Source: Candidatus Poribacteria bacterium
GTDB taxonomy: Bacteria; Poribacteria; WGA-4E; PCPOR2b
DNA: 64,000 nt
Assembly (NCBI GenBank): GCA_965207975.1
Contig: OZ242315.1
Span: 4,106,449-4,170,448, forward strand
Direction of reading: 5' to 3'
Of this stretch, positions 10,237 to 20,400 are shown piece after piece; position 1 is the first letter of the stretch, and every line of letters begins with the position of its first letter. Under the pieces are notes generated by a model. That model did not search any database and was not told the DNA's origin. It saw only the letters and a list, made by a program, of their open reading frames with translations. Made by a program: the position numbers and the translations under genes.

Positions 10237-10270
10237 TAATCGCCTCCTACGAGCGAAAGATTTTAGCAAT

Positions 10271-11071
10271 ATGCAAGGAACCGATCAGCTTTTTGATCAT
10301 CCCAAACCGATCGTCGGCGTGGTTCATCTTCCGCCACTGATCGGCAGCCCCCAATCCAGACAGCCTTTCCGTGAAATTCGTACCCGTGCGCTTTCAGACG
10401 CAGGGAGGCTGATTGATAACGGAATTGACGGGATTATCATCGAAAATTATGGCGATGCCCCTTTCTGTCCGGATAGCGTAGAACCCCATACCACTGCGGC
10501 ACTAACACTCGTTGTAGGCGCAATCCGGGAACGCCATCCCCAGACACCAATCGGACTCAACGTCCTGCGCAACGACGCAAAATCGGCGATAGCAATCGCG
10601 ACGGTCACGGACGCAAACTTTATCCGTGTAAACGTGCACACCGGCGCAATGCTCACCGACCAAGGTATTATTCAAGGAAAGGCGCACGAGACCTTGCGCT
10701 ATCGATCGCTCCTCAAAAGCGAAGTTAAAATTTTTGCCGACATTGCCGTGAAGCATGCCGTGCCACTTGCGCCAATCGATATCGTCACGAGCGCGGAGGA
10801 TACCTATCATCGCGGACTTGTGGACGCGCTTATCGTTACAGGTACAGCAACGGGCGAAAGTACCGATCTCGATCAGTTAAAAACCGTGAAAGCATCCATT
10901 CCTCAAGCGAGTATCTTCGCTGGCAGCGGTGTGACAATCGATAACCTCGCCGAAGTTTTGCAGTATGCGGATGGCGTTATTGTCGGCACCTCAATCAAGC
11001 GCGACGGTGTAACAACAAACGCCGTTGACGGAGATCGTGTGTGCACACTGATCAAGGCACGTAAAGGATAG
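10271..11071 (+). CDS. btpA: BtpA/SgcQ family TIM-barrel protein
   Basis: GVVHLPPL, IENYGDAPF, GLNVLRND, FIRVNVH, ADIAVKH. Confidence 0.88.
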   Translation: MQGTDQLFDHPKPIVGVVHLPPLIGSPQSRQPFREIRTRALSDAGRLIDNGIDGIIIENYGDAPFCPDSVEPHTTAALTLVVGAIRERHPQTPIGLNVLRNDAKSAIAIATVTDANFIRVNVHTGAMLTDQGIIQGKAHETLRYRSLLKSEVKIFADIAVKHAVPLAPIDIVTSAEDTYHRGLVDALIVTGTATGESTDLDQLKTVKASIPQASIFAGSGVTIDNLAEVLQYADGVIVGTSIKRDGVTTNAVDGDRVCTLIKARKG

Positions 11072-11122
11072 ATGCTTCTAGAAATCTAAAATCTGCATCG
11101 TAGTTAGATGCAAACTGTTCAA

Positions 11123-12025
11123 TCACGCTGCGGATGCCTTCATGAGATCCGCGTGAGCAAGATGCCAATCCTCTATATGGTTGAGGAGCACCGCAGAGTT
11201 GAGTGTGCCGTCATCTTCGCGTCCAACGGTTGCGTGAATCTCTATCCGTTTCTCATCCCTATGGATACGGTTGCGGATAAAGGTATTCCATTCATCGGCT
11301 TTTTCCCTGTCAATTTCACCGCCATTCTGTTCTAACACCCACGCCTCAAACTGAGTGTAACTAGGCAGGTTTTCACGAATGTAGGCGACGGCATCGGCGG
11401 GTTCGATTCCTAGCACACGTAAGACTCGCGGGTCCAATCCGTTTTCGGTCATGTCCGGATAGTCCGGGTGGAGTTTGCCTTTTGCTTTCAGTAGGATTTT
11501 AATCCAAGTTCGAGGCAACTGGCAGACCTCCAAAGCACCGTAATCGATGTTCGCGATCAGTGGCACAACCCGTCCAGTGAGTGCTGCGAAATCGTTATCC
11601 AAGTCGCGCTCATAGAAAAGCTGCCAATCCTGTAAATTGTTCAGAACCACAGCGGACGTGATGCCGGCATCATCAGGAAGCCCGATGTCATGATACGTCT
11701 CTTCGATTTTCGCTGGACGGTGATCACGAGATCGGAGTTGTGCGTTCCAATCTGCCACCGCTTGTTGGTCAATCTTTCCACCCTTTTGCTGGAGAATCCA
11801 TGCCTCAAATTCGAGATAGTTCGGCATATGATCTCGCAGGTAGGCGAGCGTTGTCTCTTTGTCTAAATCTAAGACTTCGAGGACCGATGAATCAAGCCCT
11901 CCGCTACAATCGGGGTATTCTGCATCAAGCAACCCCGCTCTTCTAAGGGTGACTTTCCACCAGAAGCGTGGAAGTTGACAGGCACCTAAGAGACCATAAC
12001 CGATGTTGCTAATCAGGGGAACCAT
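11123..12025 (-). CDS. Tandem DUF5069-like domain protein
   Basis: Two ~150-aa internal repeats (VPLI...G.L..CQLPR.W.K...YPD...GLD...Y..FEAW...SAV.LN...DW). Confidence 0.7.
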   Translation of the reverse strand: MVPLISNIGYGLLGACQLPRFWWKVTLRRAGLLDAEYPDCSGGLDSSVLEVLDLDKETTLAYLRDHMPNYLEFEAWILQQKGGKIDQQAVADWNAQLRSRDHRPAKIEETYHDIGLPDDAGITSAVVLNNLQDWQLFYERDLDNDFAALTGRVVPLIANIDYGALEVCQLPRTWIKILLKAKGKLHPDYPDMTENGLDPRVLRVLGIEPADAVAYIRENLPSYTQFEAWVLEQNGGEIDREKADEWNTFIRNRIHRDEKRIEIHATVGREDDGTLNSAVLLNHIEDWHLAHADLMKASAA

Positions 12026-12146
12026 ATTATGCTCCTTAGTCTTAATTTGATGTTGGTAAATTTGTTCTCAACTCTTTTCGACTTCACAAGTTGTTTTGCT
12101 CATTATATCATGATCGTCCTGACTGCATCAACCCCAGATTGAGTTT

Positions 12147-13485
12147 TTCACTTGCCCCCAGTTTTTTTTGAGGGGTTATTGTCATTGGTTTTGCGAGCGA
12201 TAGGAGTGAGAAAGTCAGGTCAGATATGATAAAATACCTCCCTACCGAAAACACTCACTGTTTAGGGCAAGGAGGTATTATGAAAGGAAAACACTCTCAA
12301 AAACGGGTGAATCCCACCCCCATGATAACCACTATCACTGAGATTTTCAAGCCTGTTTTGAAAAAACCGGCGTTAAAAAACCTGATGCTCACCATCATAG
12401 CTATAGCCTTGGCGCAGTCCTTTGGCATCAACGAAATCGCTTCACGGTTGCCGGTGTCAGTCAAGCATCAAAAGACGAAACAGAAACGACTGCTTCGATT
12501 CTTGGCACGTACATTTCCCATAGGTGCGGTGATGCGGTGTTGGTTAGTCTTCGTGGTGAGGCGTGTCTGTCACCCCGGCACTGTGCGTCCGTTAATTTTA
12601 ATTGATGAAACCCAGGTGCTTGGTACTTTCAAAGCGATTGTCGCTGCGGTGCCGTTTCGACAGCGTGCGATACCTATCTATTGGCACATCTATACCGATG
12701 CTGAGATTCAGGATATGAAATATAAAAGCCATAATGAGATTATCCAACGATTTTGCCGCACGGTCTATCGTCAGGCACGAAAAGCACTGCCCCCAGCGTG
12801 CGAACCGGTGTTGATATTCGACCGGGGGTTCGCCCGTGCGAGATATGTGATAAAATTTCTCAAAGCAAAAGGCATACCGTTTGTGATGCGCGTCTGTCGC
12901 AACGTTCGCATTACCGTTTGGGGTCAGGTCAAAACGATGGAACAGATGCAGAAAACTGGGTTCTATCCACAGATTCTCTATTACCCAACCGAGCCAATTC
13001 GACTGAACCTATATGTGGTCAGAGATGCACGGTTTGCTGAACCGATGTATCTGATTTCAAGCCATCTGACGGGCAGTCAAATCCACCGGTGTTATAAACG
13101 AAGAATGCAGATTGAACACGGTTTTAGAGACATCAAGACCGGCTTTGGATTTGGCAAGCTGATTCTCAAAAAACCGACAAAAGCACGAATCAATCTGTTA
13201 TGGCTGTTGGCTTGTCTGAGTTATGGACTGCTGTTTATCATCTACCAAAAATCCGGTGACCGATGGACCAAAGCATTCAACACAAACAAAAAAATCTATT
13301 CGTTGATTAACGTGATTAAGCGCGTGATTGCTCAAGCTTGGCTGGGGTGGACTCTCAATCCCTTTTTCACACTGCCACTTTGTCAGACAGATGCCTTGCA
13401 AGGCGCATAATCACAAACATTCTCACAAACATTACCTCTCAAACACACTCAACTCTTAAATCAGAAAAAACTGGGGGTAAATGAA
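12147..13485 (+). mobile_element. IS4-family insertion sequence
   Basis: IRs TTCACTTGCCCCCAGTTTTTT / AAAAAACTGGGGGTAAATGAA; 12-bp TSD CAGATTGAGTTT at 12135-12146 and 13486-13497. Confidence 0.92.
12280..13410 (+). CDS. IS4-family DDE transposase
   Basis: ILIDET, IFDRGF, YREK motif YKRRMQIEHGFRDIK; GGAGG RBS before ATG 12280. Confidence 0.9.
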   Translation: MKGKHSQKRVNPTPMITTITEIFKPVLKKPALKNLMLTIIAIALAQSFGINEIASRLPVSVKHQKTKQKRLLRFLARTFPIGAVMRCWLVFVVRRVCHPGTVRPLILIDETQVLGTFKAIVAAVPFRQRAIPIYWHIYTDAEIQDMKYKSHNEIIQRFCRTVYRQARKALPPACEPVLIFDRGFARARYVIKFLKAKGIPFVMRVCRNVRITVWGQVKTMEQMQKTGFYPQILYYPTEPIRLNLYVVRDARFAEPMYLISSHLTGSQIHRCYKRRMQIEHGFRDIKTGFGFGKLILKKPTKARINLLWLLACLSYGLLFIIYQKSGDRWTKAFNTNKKIYSLINVIKRVIAQAWLGWTLNPFFTLPLCQTDALQGA

Positions 13486-13507
13486 CAGATTGAGTTTCCA
13501 TTTAACC

Positions 13508-13536
13508 TTGACAATATGGGGCGTTTGGCATATTCT
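13508..13536 (+). promoter_or_regulatory. Promoter of moaB
   Basis: TTGACA-17 bp-TATTCT. Confidence 0.55.
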
Positions 13537-13592
13537 ATATCCATAGGATTTTTGAATAAATTTCATAGTATCCAATTCTGAGGAGAACAGAG

Positions 13593-14117
13593 ATGGCAGA
13601 AAAAACTTCAGCGAGTACCGAGCAGCATCGGGAGATGGCTGCGGAACACGGTCCCGTGCGCGTAGCGATTGTCACCGTCAGCGATACACGCACACCGGAA
13701 ACAGACAAGAACGCAGCGTACCTCCGCGAACAACTAGCGACTGGTGGCAATGAGGTCGTGGGATATCGCATCATCAAGGATGAACCGGATCAGGTCAAGG
13801 CAGTCCTGGACGAATTTGCAGCAGGCGATGCGCGGATGATCCTTTTCAACGGCGGCACCGGCATTGCCCCACGCGATACAACCTTTGACGTGCTGAATCA
13901 AGCCCTAGAGAAAACCTTACCCGGCTTTGGTGAACTTTTTCGGATGTTTAGCTACGACCAAGTCGGCGCAGCAGCGATGCTATCGCGTGCCACCGCTGGC
14001 GTGTACCGGGGAAAAGTGGTTGTTTCGACACCCGGCTCGACGGCTGCGGTACAGTTAGCGTGGGAAAAACTGATTGGACCGGAGTTGCAGCATCTGGCGT
14101 GGGAAGTCGGACGATAG
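13593..14117 (+). CDS. moaB: MogA/MoaB molybdenum cofactor biosynthesis protein
   Basis: [37 protein letters not shown]. Confidence 0.92.
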   Translation: MAEKTSASTEQHREMAAEHGPVRVAIVTVSDTRTPETDKNAAYLREQLATGGNEVVGYRIIKDEPDQVKAVLDEFAAGDARMILFNGGTGIAPRDTTFDVLNQALEKTLPGFGELFRMFSYDQVGAAAMLSRATAGVYRGKVVVSTPGSTAAVQLAWEKLIGPELQHLAWEVGR

Positions 14118-14135
14118 GAAAACAGAGCCATTTGG

Positions 14136-14399
14136 TTAATTAGGCTTCTTTTCCTTTGCCAACTGATGACATATATGACAGCTGCCGACATTCAGATGCG
14201 GCATAGTTGGTGATTGCTCGGTCCCACGAAGATGACACTTCAGACAAGCGGCTGGATCTGTGTAAGTTTGGTGATCTGGAATGTCGGAGCGGGCAGGAGC
14301 CGCGTTAAAAAAAAGGATAATCATTACAACTGTAAAAATAGCTCCGATGACGCTGACAATAATCAACAGCGTTCGGGCACTGGCTTCTTCCGTTGGCAC
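14136..14399 (-). CDS. Small membrane-anchored diheme c-type cytochrome (NapB-like motif spacing)
   Basis: N-terminal TM helix; two CxxCH (CLKCH, CHICH), each preceded by a His (PDH, MPH). Confidence 0.75.
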   Translation of the reverse strand: MPTEEASARTLLIIVSVIGAIFTVVMIILFFNAAPARSDIPDHQTYTDPAACLKCHLRGTEQSPTMPHLNVGSCHICHQLAKEKKPN

Positions 14400-14412
14400 G
14401 TTTTAGTCCTTT

Positions 14413-14513
14413 TATAGTAGATCTCAGAATTAATGAGACACGCCAAATCGGTGCGGTTGAAAACCGCACCTACCGGAGGCGAAAGTGTCTATTTATTTTT
14501 TAAATTCACTATA
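14413..14513. mobile_element. ~100-bp MITE (TATAGT-ended, Correia/IS630-like) containing a REP hairpin
   Basis: Imperfect 29-bp TIRs (about 21/29 matches) TATAGT...AGACAC / GTGTCT...ACTATA; internal GGTGCGGTTGAAAACCGCACC followed by TAC. Confidence 0.6.
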
Positions 14514-14545
14514 GTTTGCTAAAATCAAGATAGGAAAATCGAAAA

Positions 14546-15022
14546 TTGAAATGGAAAATTGAAGTTAGTTACAAACCCGCAACACCGGACGCTATCGCAC
14601 AAGGTATCCTTCAGGATATCGCAGATCTTGGACTTACTGGTGTAGAATCGGTGCACACCGTCCAAATCTACTGGATCGAAGGAGACATTAATTCTCATGC
14701 AATCGAACGCATCGGCGCGGAACTGCTTGCTGATCCGGTGACGCAGAATTATGTCTATAGCCGTTCCGACAATCATACCCCAAGACAAAGTGATGGCTCC
14801 GTATGGACCATCGAGGTAAGGTTGAAACCGGGGGTAACGGATGCTGTGGGTGATAGTGTCCTCAAGGGGCTACGCGATATGGGAGTTACAGATGTCCAAA
14901 CCGCACAGACAGGACAGAAATACCGGATACACGGAGACTTAGATCAATCGAAGCTTGAAATGATTGCACAGCAGCTGCTTGCGAACGACGTTATACAAAT
15001 ATTTAAGATCTGGCAAGGTTAA
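14546..15022 (+). CDS. purS: Stand-alone tandem PurS-domain protein (FGAM synthase subunit)
   Basis: Two PurS repeats (EVSYKP...LLADPVTQ; EVRLKPGVTD...LLANDVIQ); TTG start. Confidence 0.8.
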   Translation: MKWKIEVSYKPATPDAIAQGILQDIADLGLTGVESVHTVQIYWIEGDINSHAIERIGAELLADPVTQNYVYSRSDNHTPRQSDGSVWTIEVRLKPGVTDAVGDSVLKGLRDMGVTDVQTAQTGQKYRIHGDLDQSKLEMIAQQLLANDVIQIFKIWQG

Positions 15023-15081
15023 TGAGTTCCGTTTGATCATGTCCATTGAAGCGCGTAAACTAGCTAGCGATAATCGTGACA

Positions 15082-16440
15082 TCATTTCTTGCTTATCAGT
15101 TTTTTCGTCTTCCATGTTCCTCGTCTGAACCACAGCCACATCAACACACCTTGAACCACGTTTGATAGGGCGATGCCGATCCAGACTCCCTTAAGTCCCA
15201 CGAAATAGGAAAGCAATATCACCAACATCAGTCCAATACCAACTTGACAGATGAATGTCATTACCATCGGAGAAACAGTATCTCCGGCGCCGTTGAGAGC
15301 ACGACCAAATACGATAGAAATTGCGATAAATGCAAAAGTGGCTGATAGGTAACGGATGTAAACACTTCCGATACTGATAACTTCCGCTTGTCCGGTAAAT
15401 ATTCTGATACTCAAATGCGGAAAAATAAATAGTAGGCTTCCAAGCGCAGCCATAAGTATCGTTGCTAATCCACCGGCAAGATTGGCAGATTTTTCTGCTC
15501 TGTCAATCTGACCTGCTCCGATATTCTGTCCCACCATCGGCGCGACTGCATTTGCGAATCCGAAACCTAGGTGCATCACGAGGATACGGAGGCGCATACA
15601 AATGGCATAGGCAGCTACGGCCTTCGTTCCATGAATCGCCACGACTCGGATAAACCCCAACCGGGAGGCGTGTCTCAGAAACCCTTGCATTGAACTGAAA
15701 ATACCGAGGCGCAGGATTTGGCCCATTACTGATAGATCGACGCGGCGCTTAACGTGCTTCAGCGAGATGACGCTGCGTCCGATGAAACAGAGGTAAAGGA
15801 AAATCACAACCCCAGCACTTCTGCCAATCACGCTTGCATAAGCGGATCCTGCGACTTCCAAACGCGGGAACTTCCAAATGCCAAATATCAACAAGGGATC
15901 TAGGACGATGTTTAAGACCGTTGAAACAATCATAACCACCATCGGTGTCAGTGAATCTCCACCCGCTCTGAAAATAGAACCTAACGTCATTGATACGAAC
16001 ATCATGATACCACCGAGCAGTGTGATACGCAAGTAAGGTACGCCTAGCCGTACCACCTCTTCCTCTGCTCCGAGTAGTCTCAATCCAACTTCAGCGAGTG
16101 GAAAGCCTATACACGCAATTCCAAGAGGACATACAATGCTTAAGATGAGTGCCTGCATCGCGATGTTTTCCCCTTGCTCTCTCTGCTGTGCACCGATTGA
16201 TTGAGAAACCAAAACGACCGTTCCCATGGAGATGCCAAGTGAAAGCACGCTAATCAGCCGCTGAAGATTCGAGCTCATATCAACGGCGGAAATCGCTTCG
16301 GCTCCCAGTTTTCCGACGAAGATCATATCGACTACACTGAAAGAGTCCTGCAAAATATTGCTGAGAGCAATGGGCCAAGCGAGATGTATAAGGTTTTTGA
16401 AAATACTCCCTTGGGTCAGATCATGCCTCGATTTCTTCAT
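15082..16440 (-). CDS. MATE family efflux transporter
   Basis: LAWP...DMIFVGKLG, GDSLTPM, NIVLDPLLIFG, VGQNIGA; many TM segments. Confidence 0.93.
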   Translation of the reverse strand: MKKSRHDLTQGSIFKNLIHLAWPIALSNILQDSFSVVDMIFVGKLGAEAISAVDMSSNLQRLISVLSLGISMGTVVLVSQSIGAQQREQGENIAMQALILSIVCPLGIACIGFPLAEVGLRLLGAEEEVVRLGVPYLRITLLGGIMMFVSMTLGSIFRAGGDSLTPMVVMIVSTVLNIVLDPLLIFGIWKFPRLEVAGSAYASVIGRSAGVVIFLYLCFIGRSVISLKHVKRRVDLSVMGQILRLGIFSSMQGFLRHASRLGFIRVVAIHGTKAVAAYAICMRLRILVMHLGFGFANAVAPMVGQNIGAGQIDRAEKSANLAGGLATILMAALGSLLFIFPHLSIRIFTGQAEVISIGSVYIRYLSATFAFIAISIVFGRALNGAGDTVSPMVMTFICQVGIGLMLVILLSYFVGLKGVWIGIALSNVVQGVLMWLWFRRGTWKTKKLISKK

Positions 16441-16730
16441 AAGATAGCTTTCTCTCCAGTGTGTTGATGCACTTTCGACGATTCAAATCGCCCTTTGTTT
16501 AGCGATTTGAGTCGAATACACGAAGATCTCCTTCTTGCATTTTCTTTGGATCGCTCCCGCATAACTTAGATTGGCACTTGCAACCCAAAACCGATAGGTC
16601 CGCCAATTCGTCGGAAATTTTATCAGTTATTTTATTGTGTCACATCTTCACAAATTTCGGCAAGAATTATCTGGCTGGATTTTGGTTGTTAATTTTTAGA
16701 AAAAACTATCGAAATTCTGTTAAAAAACTA

Positions 16731-16759
16731 TTGACAGATCATTAATAATCGTTTATCAT
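16731..16759 (+). promoter_or_regulatory. nrdR-nrdJ promoter
   Basis: TTGACA-17 bp-TATCAT. Confidence 0.7.
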
Positions 16760-16769
16760 ATTAGCCCCA

Positions 16770-16816
16770 ATCGCACATATTGTATGGTAAAAGAAATTAT
16801 ACACAATATATTGGTG
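16770..16816 (+). promoter_or_regulatory. Tandem NrdR boxes
   Basis: ACACAATATATTGGTG (16801-16816) fits acaCwAtATaTwGtg; a weaker box ATCGCACATATTGTAT starts 31 bp upstream. Confidence 0.7.
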
Positions 16817-16820
16817 TTCT

Positions 16821-17276
16821 ATGAAATGCCCATACTGCAATGGTTCCAGCATAAGAGTCATCGACAAACGGGATACTGACGGCGGGACTGCCATCCGTAG
16901 ACGCCGAGCGTGTCTCCATTGCTCAAAACGGTTTACAACGTATGAGCGGGCTGAAGTGTTAGATCTTTTCATTATTAAGAAGGACCAGCGCCGCGAAGCC
17001 TTTGACCGGCAAAAGTTAAAGCGCAATATCATGAAGGCGTGTGAAAAACGCTCGATTAGTCAAGAAACCATTGATCGCCTGATTGGGGATGTCGAACAAC
17101 AAATTATCGGTATGCACAAATCCGAAATTGAAAGCCATATTATCGGTGAAATTGTTATGGATGCTCTCAAGAACTTGGATAGTGTTGCATATATTCGGTT
17201 TGCTTCTGTTTACCGTGATTTCAAGGATGCAGCAGATTTTGAAAATGAGCTCCGTCAATTGACACCTGATGATTAG
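16821..17276 (+). CDS. nrdR: Transcriptional repressor NrdR
   Basis: MKCPYC...RRRRACLHCSKRFTTYE, ATP cone, AYIRFASVY. Confidence 0.97.
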   Translation: MKCPYCNGSSIRVIDKRDTDGGTAIRRRRACLHCSKRFTTYERAEVLDLFIIKKDQRREAFDRQKLKRNIMKACEKRSISQETIDRLIGDVEQQIIGMHKSEIESHIIGEIVMDALKNLDSVAYIRFASVYRDFKDAADFENELRQLTPDD

Positions 17277-17401
17277 ATTAATGAAACCGGTAGTTTAGAG
17301 AGAGCGTTGTACTAGAAGGAATTAGTGACGAAATTAATTATAGGTAGGCGAATTACTGAACCTGCCAATCTTTTTCTGGCAATCATATGAAAGGAATCAA
17401 A

Positions 17402-20400
17402 ATGTCCCAACCCAACGATTTTGGTGTTAATCAGGATTCGATAGTCGCTGCACCATCGGATGAGACTGCTGACATCAAAGCCGCTTCTCTCGAAGAAAAT
17501 GCACAACAACAGGGCTTGAAAATCGATCGACGGTATACCTTGCCCGGTGTGCATCCATTCGATACCATTGAGTGGGAACCTCGAAGTTCGGTGATCTATA
17601 ATGAAAAAGGCGAGGCAATCTTCGAGAAAAACGAGGTTGAGGTGCCGTCAAACTGGTCGCAGTTGGCAGCGGATATTGCGGTGTCCAAATATTTCCGTAA
17701 AGCCGGCGTGCCTGAAACGGAGAGCGAAACAAGCGTTCGTCAACTCATCCAACGGGTCGCGCATACCATCCGCCACGCCGGCGAAGCCTTTGGCGGCTAC
17801 TTTGCCACACCGGAGGATGCTGATGCCTTTGAGATGGAACTGACAGATCTGCTTGTGATGCAGCGCGGTGCGTTCAATTCGCCGGTCTGGTTTAATTGTG
17901 GACTATATCATCAATATGGAATTATAGGCGGAACCGGCAACTGGTATTGGGACGTTGAAAAGAACAGTGTAGTCCAGACAGAAAACAACTATGACCACCC
18001 ACAATGCAGCGCGTGCTTCATACAATCTGTTGACGATGACCTGATGTCGATTTTCCAGTTGGTCAAAAATGAGGCGCGTGTCTTTAAGTACGGTTCAGGG
18101 ACCGGAACGAATTTTTTCAAGATTCGAGGACGGCAAGAAAAACTCTCCGGCGGCGGGACAAGTAGCGGACTAATGTCTTTTCTTGAGGTTTTTGACCGAG
18201 GGGCAGGCGCGACCAAATCTGGAGGGACTACCAGACGCGCGGCAAAGATGGTATGCCTCGATATGGATCACCCGGAAATCGTTGATTTCATCAACTGGAA
18301 GGTGAATGAGGAAAAGAAGGTAGCAGCACTTGTCGCTGCGGGTTATCCCTCTGACTTCAATGGAGAGGCATATAAGACCGTCTCAGGGCAAAACTCAAAT
18401 AACTCTGTCCGAATCACGGACGAATTCATGAATGCCTATCTACGCGGTGATAAATGGCATACAAAGTTCCGTACAACGGGCGAAATCTGTGAAACATTTG
18501 AAGCGAAAGATCTCATGCGTCAAATCTCCGAAGCTGCTTGGGCTTGTGCGGATCCAGGTATGCAGTTTGACACGACGATTAACGACTGGCATACCTGTGC
18601 GAATACCGATCGAATTTATAGCAGTAATCCATGTTCAGAATATATGTTCCTTGACGACTCCGCATGTAATCTCGCTTCTATCAATCTACTCAAATTCGTT
18701 GATGAAGATGGAAACTTTGATATCGAAGGGTTCAAGCATGCCTGCCGAATCTTCTTCATCGGTCAGGAAATCCTTGTGGATTTCTCCTCCTATCCAACCG
18801 GGCCAATCGCTCAAAACAGCCACGACTATCGACCACTCGGATTGGGATATGCCAATCTGGGAACTTTGCTGATGGTCAACGGTATCCCCTACGACAGCGA
18901 AGAAGGATATGCCATCGCCGGCGCGCTCACAGCAATCCTCTGTGGTGAAGCGTATCGGGCATCCGCTGAGATGGCTGCGGTCAAAGGTCCCTTCCCCAGT
19001 TTCGAGAAGAACCGCGAACCGATGCTGCATGTGATGAGTAAACATCGTTCCGCAGCCTATCGCATTAATCCAGATGTCTGCCCGCCTAACCTTTTGAAGG
19101 CAGCACAACAGACGTGGGATGATGCGGTTGAAATGGGTGAGCGCTACGGCTATCGGAATGCACAAGCGACAGTGCTAGCGCCTACCGGCACCATAGGGCT
19201 GCTGATGGAATGCGATACGACCGGCGTTGAACCTGAGTTCGCGCTCGTGAAATTCAAGAAGTTGGCGGGCGGCGGTTACTTTAAGATTATCAACCAATCC
19301 GTGCCACGCGCATTGAAAAAGCTTGGTTATACGGACAAAGAGATTGACGACATTGTGACCTATGTGCAAGGGACTTCCTCACTGATCGGTTCGGCGCATA
19401 TCAATAATGTCTCGCTTAGACGGAAGGGTTTCACTGACGAGGAGATCGGTCAGATTGAAGCGACGCTACCCTCCGTCTTTGAGTTGGCGCATGCGTTTAA
19501 CGCCTACACCATTGGAGAGGAAGGGATGGCGCGTCTCGGATTTGATCCTCAGCAATATAACGCACCAGATTTTGATCTCTTGGGTGAGTTGGGATTTACA
19601 CAGCAGCAAGTTGAAGAAGCAAGCAAGGTAATTTGCGGTATGATGACCATTGAAGGTGCACCGCATCTGAAAGCTGAACACCTACCCGTCTTTGATTGTG
19701 CCAACAAATGTGGGAATTATGGTCAGCGTTACATTGAGCCGATGGCACATGTTCGCATGGTCGCCGCGACGCAGCCATTTCTGAGTGGATCGATATCCAA
19801 AACCATCAACATGCCCCACGAAACGGCGGTTGAAGAGGTCGAGGACCTTTATGTTGAGGCGTGGAAACTGGGGTTGAAGGCGGTGGCACTTTATCGGGAT
19901 GGATCGAAGTTGTCCCAACCTCTCAGCACAACGAGAGCAGAAACAGAGGAAGAGGAAGCGGAAGTGCGACCCATCCGCCGTCGTCTACCCAATGAACGCG
20001 CTTCAATCACCCATAAATTCAGCGTTGCAGGTCATGAGGGCTATATCACGGTCGGATTTTACGAAGATGGCACACCGGGCGAGGTGTTTCTCAAGATGTC
20101 AAAGGAAGGCTCAGTTATCTCTGGATTGATGGATACGATCGCGACAATGACTTCTATCTCGCTGCAATACGGCGTTCCGCTGGAGTCACTGGTCAACAAG
20201 TTCAGTCATGTCGGATTTGAACCTGCGGGATTTACCAACAATAAGGATATCCCGATAGCAAAGTCAATCATCGACTATGTATTCCGTTGGTTGGGACTGA
20301 AGTTCGCACCTCAAAGCGAAGCGCTTGCCGGAGGAGATGGAAGCCTCGGTGATCAACTTGCTCAACCCCAGCAGCTGCTCCCCTACGAAGATGACATCAA

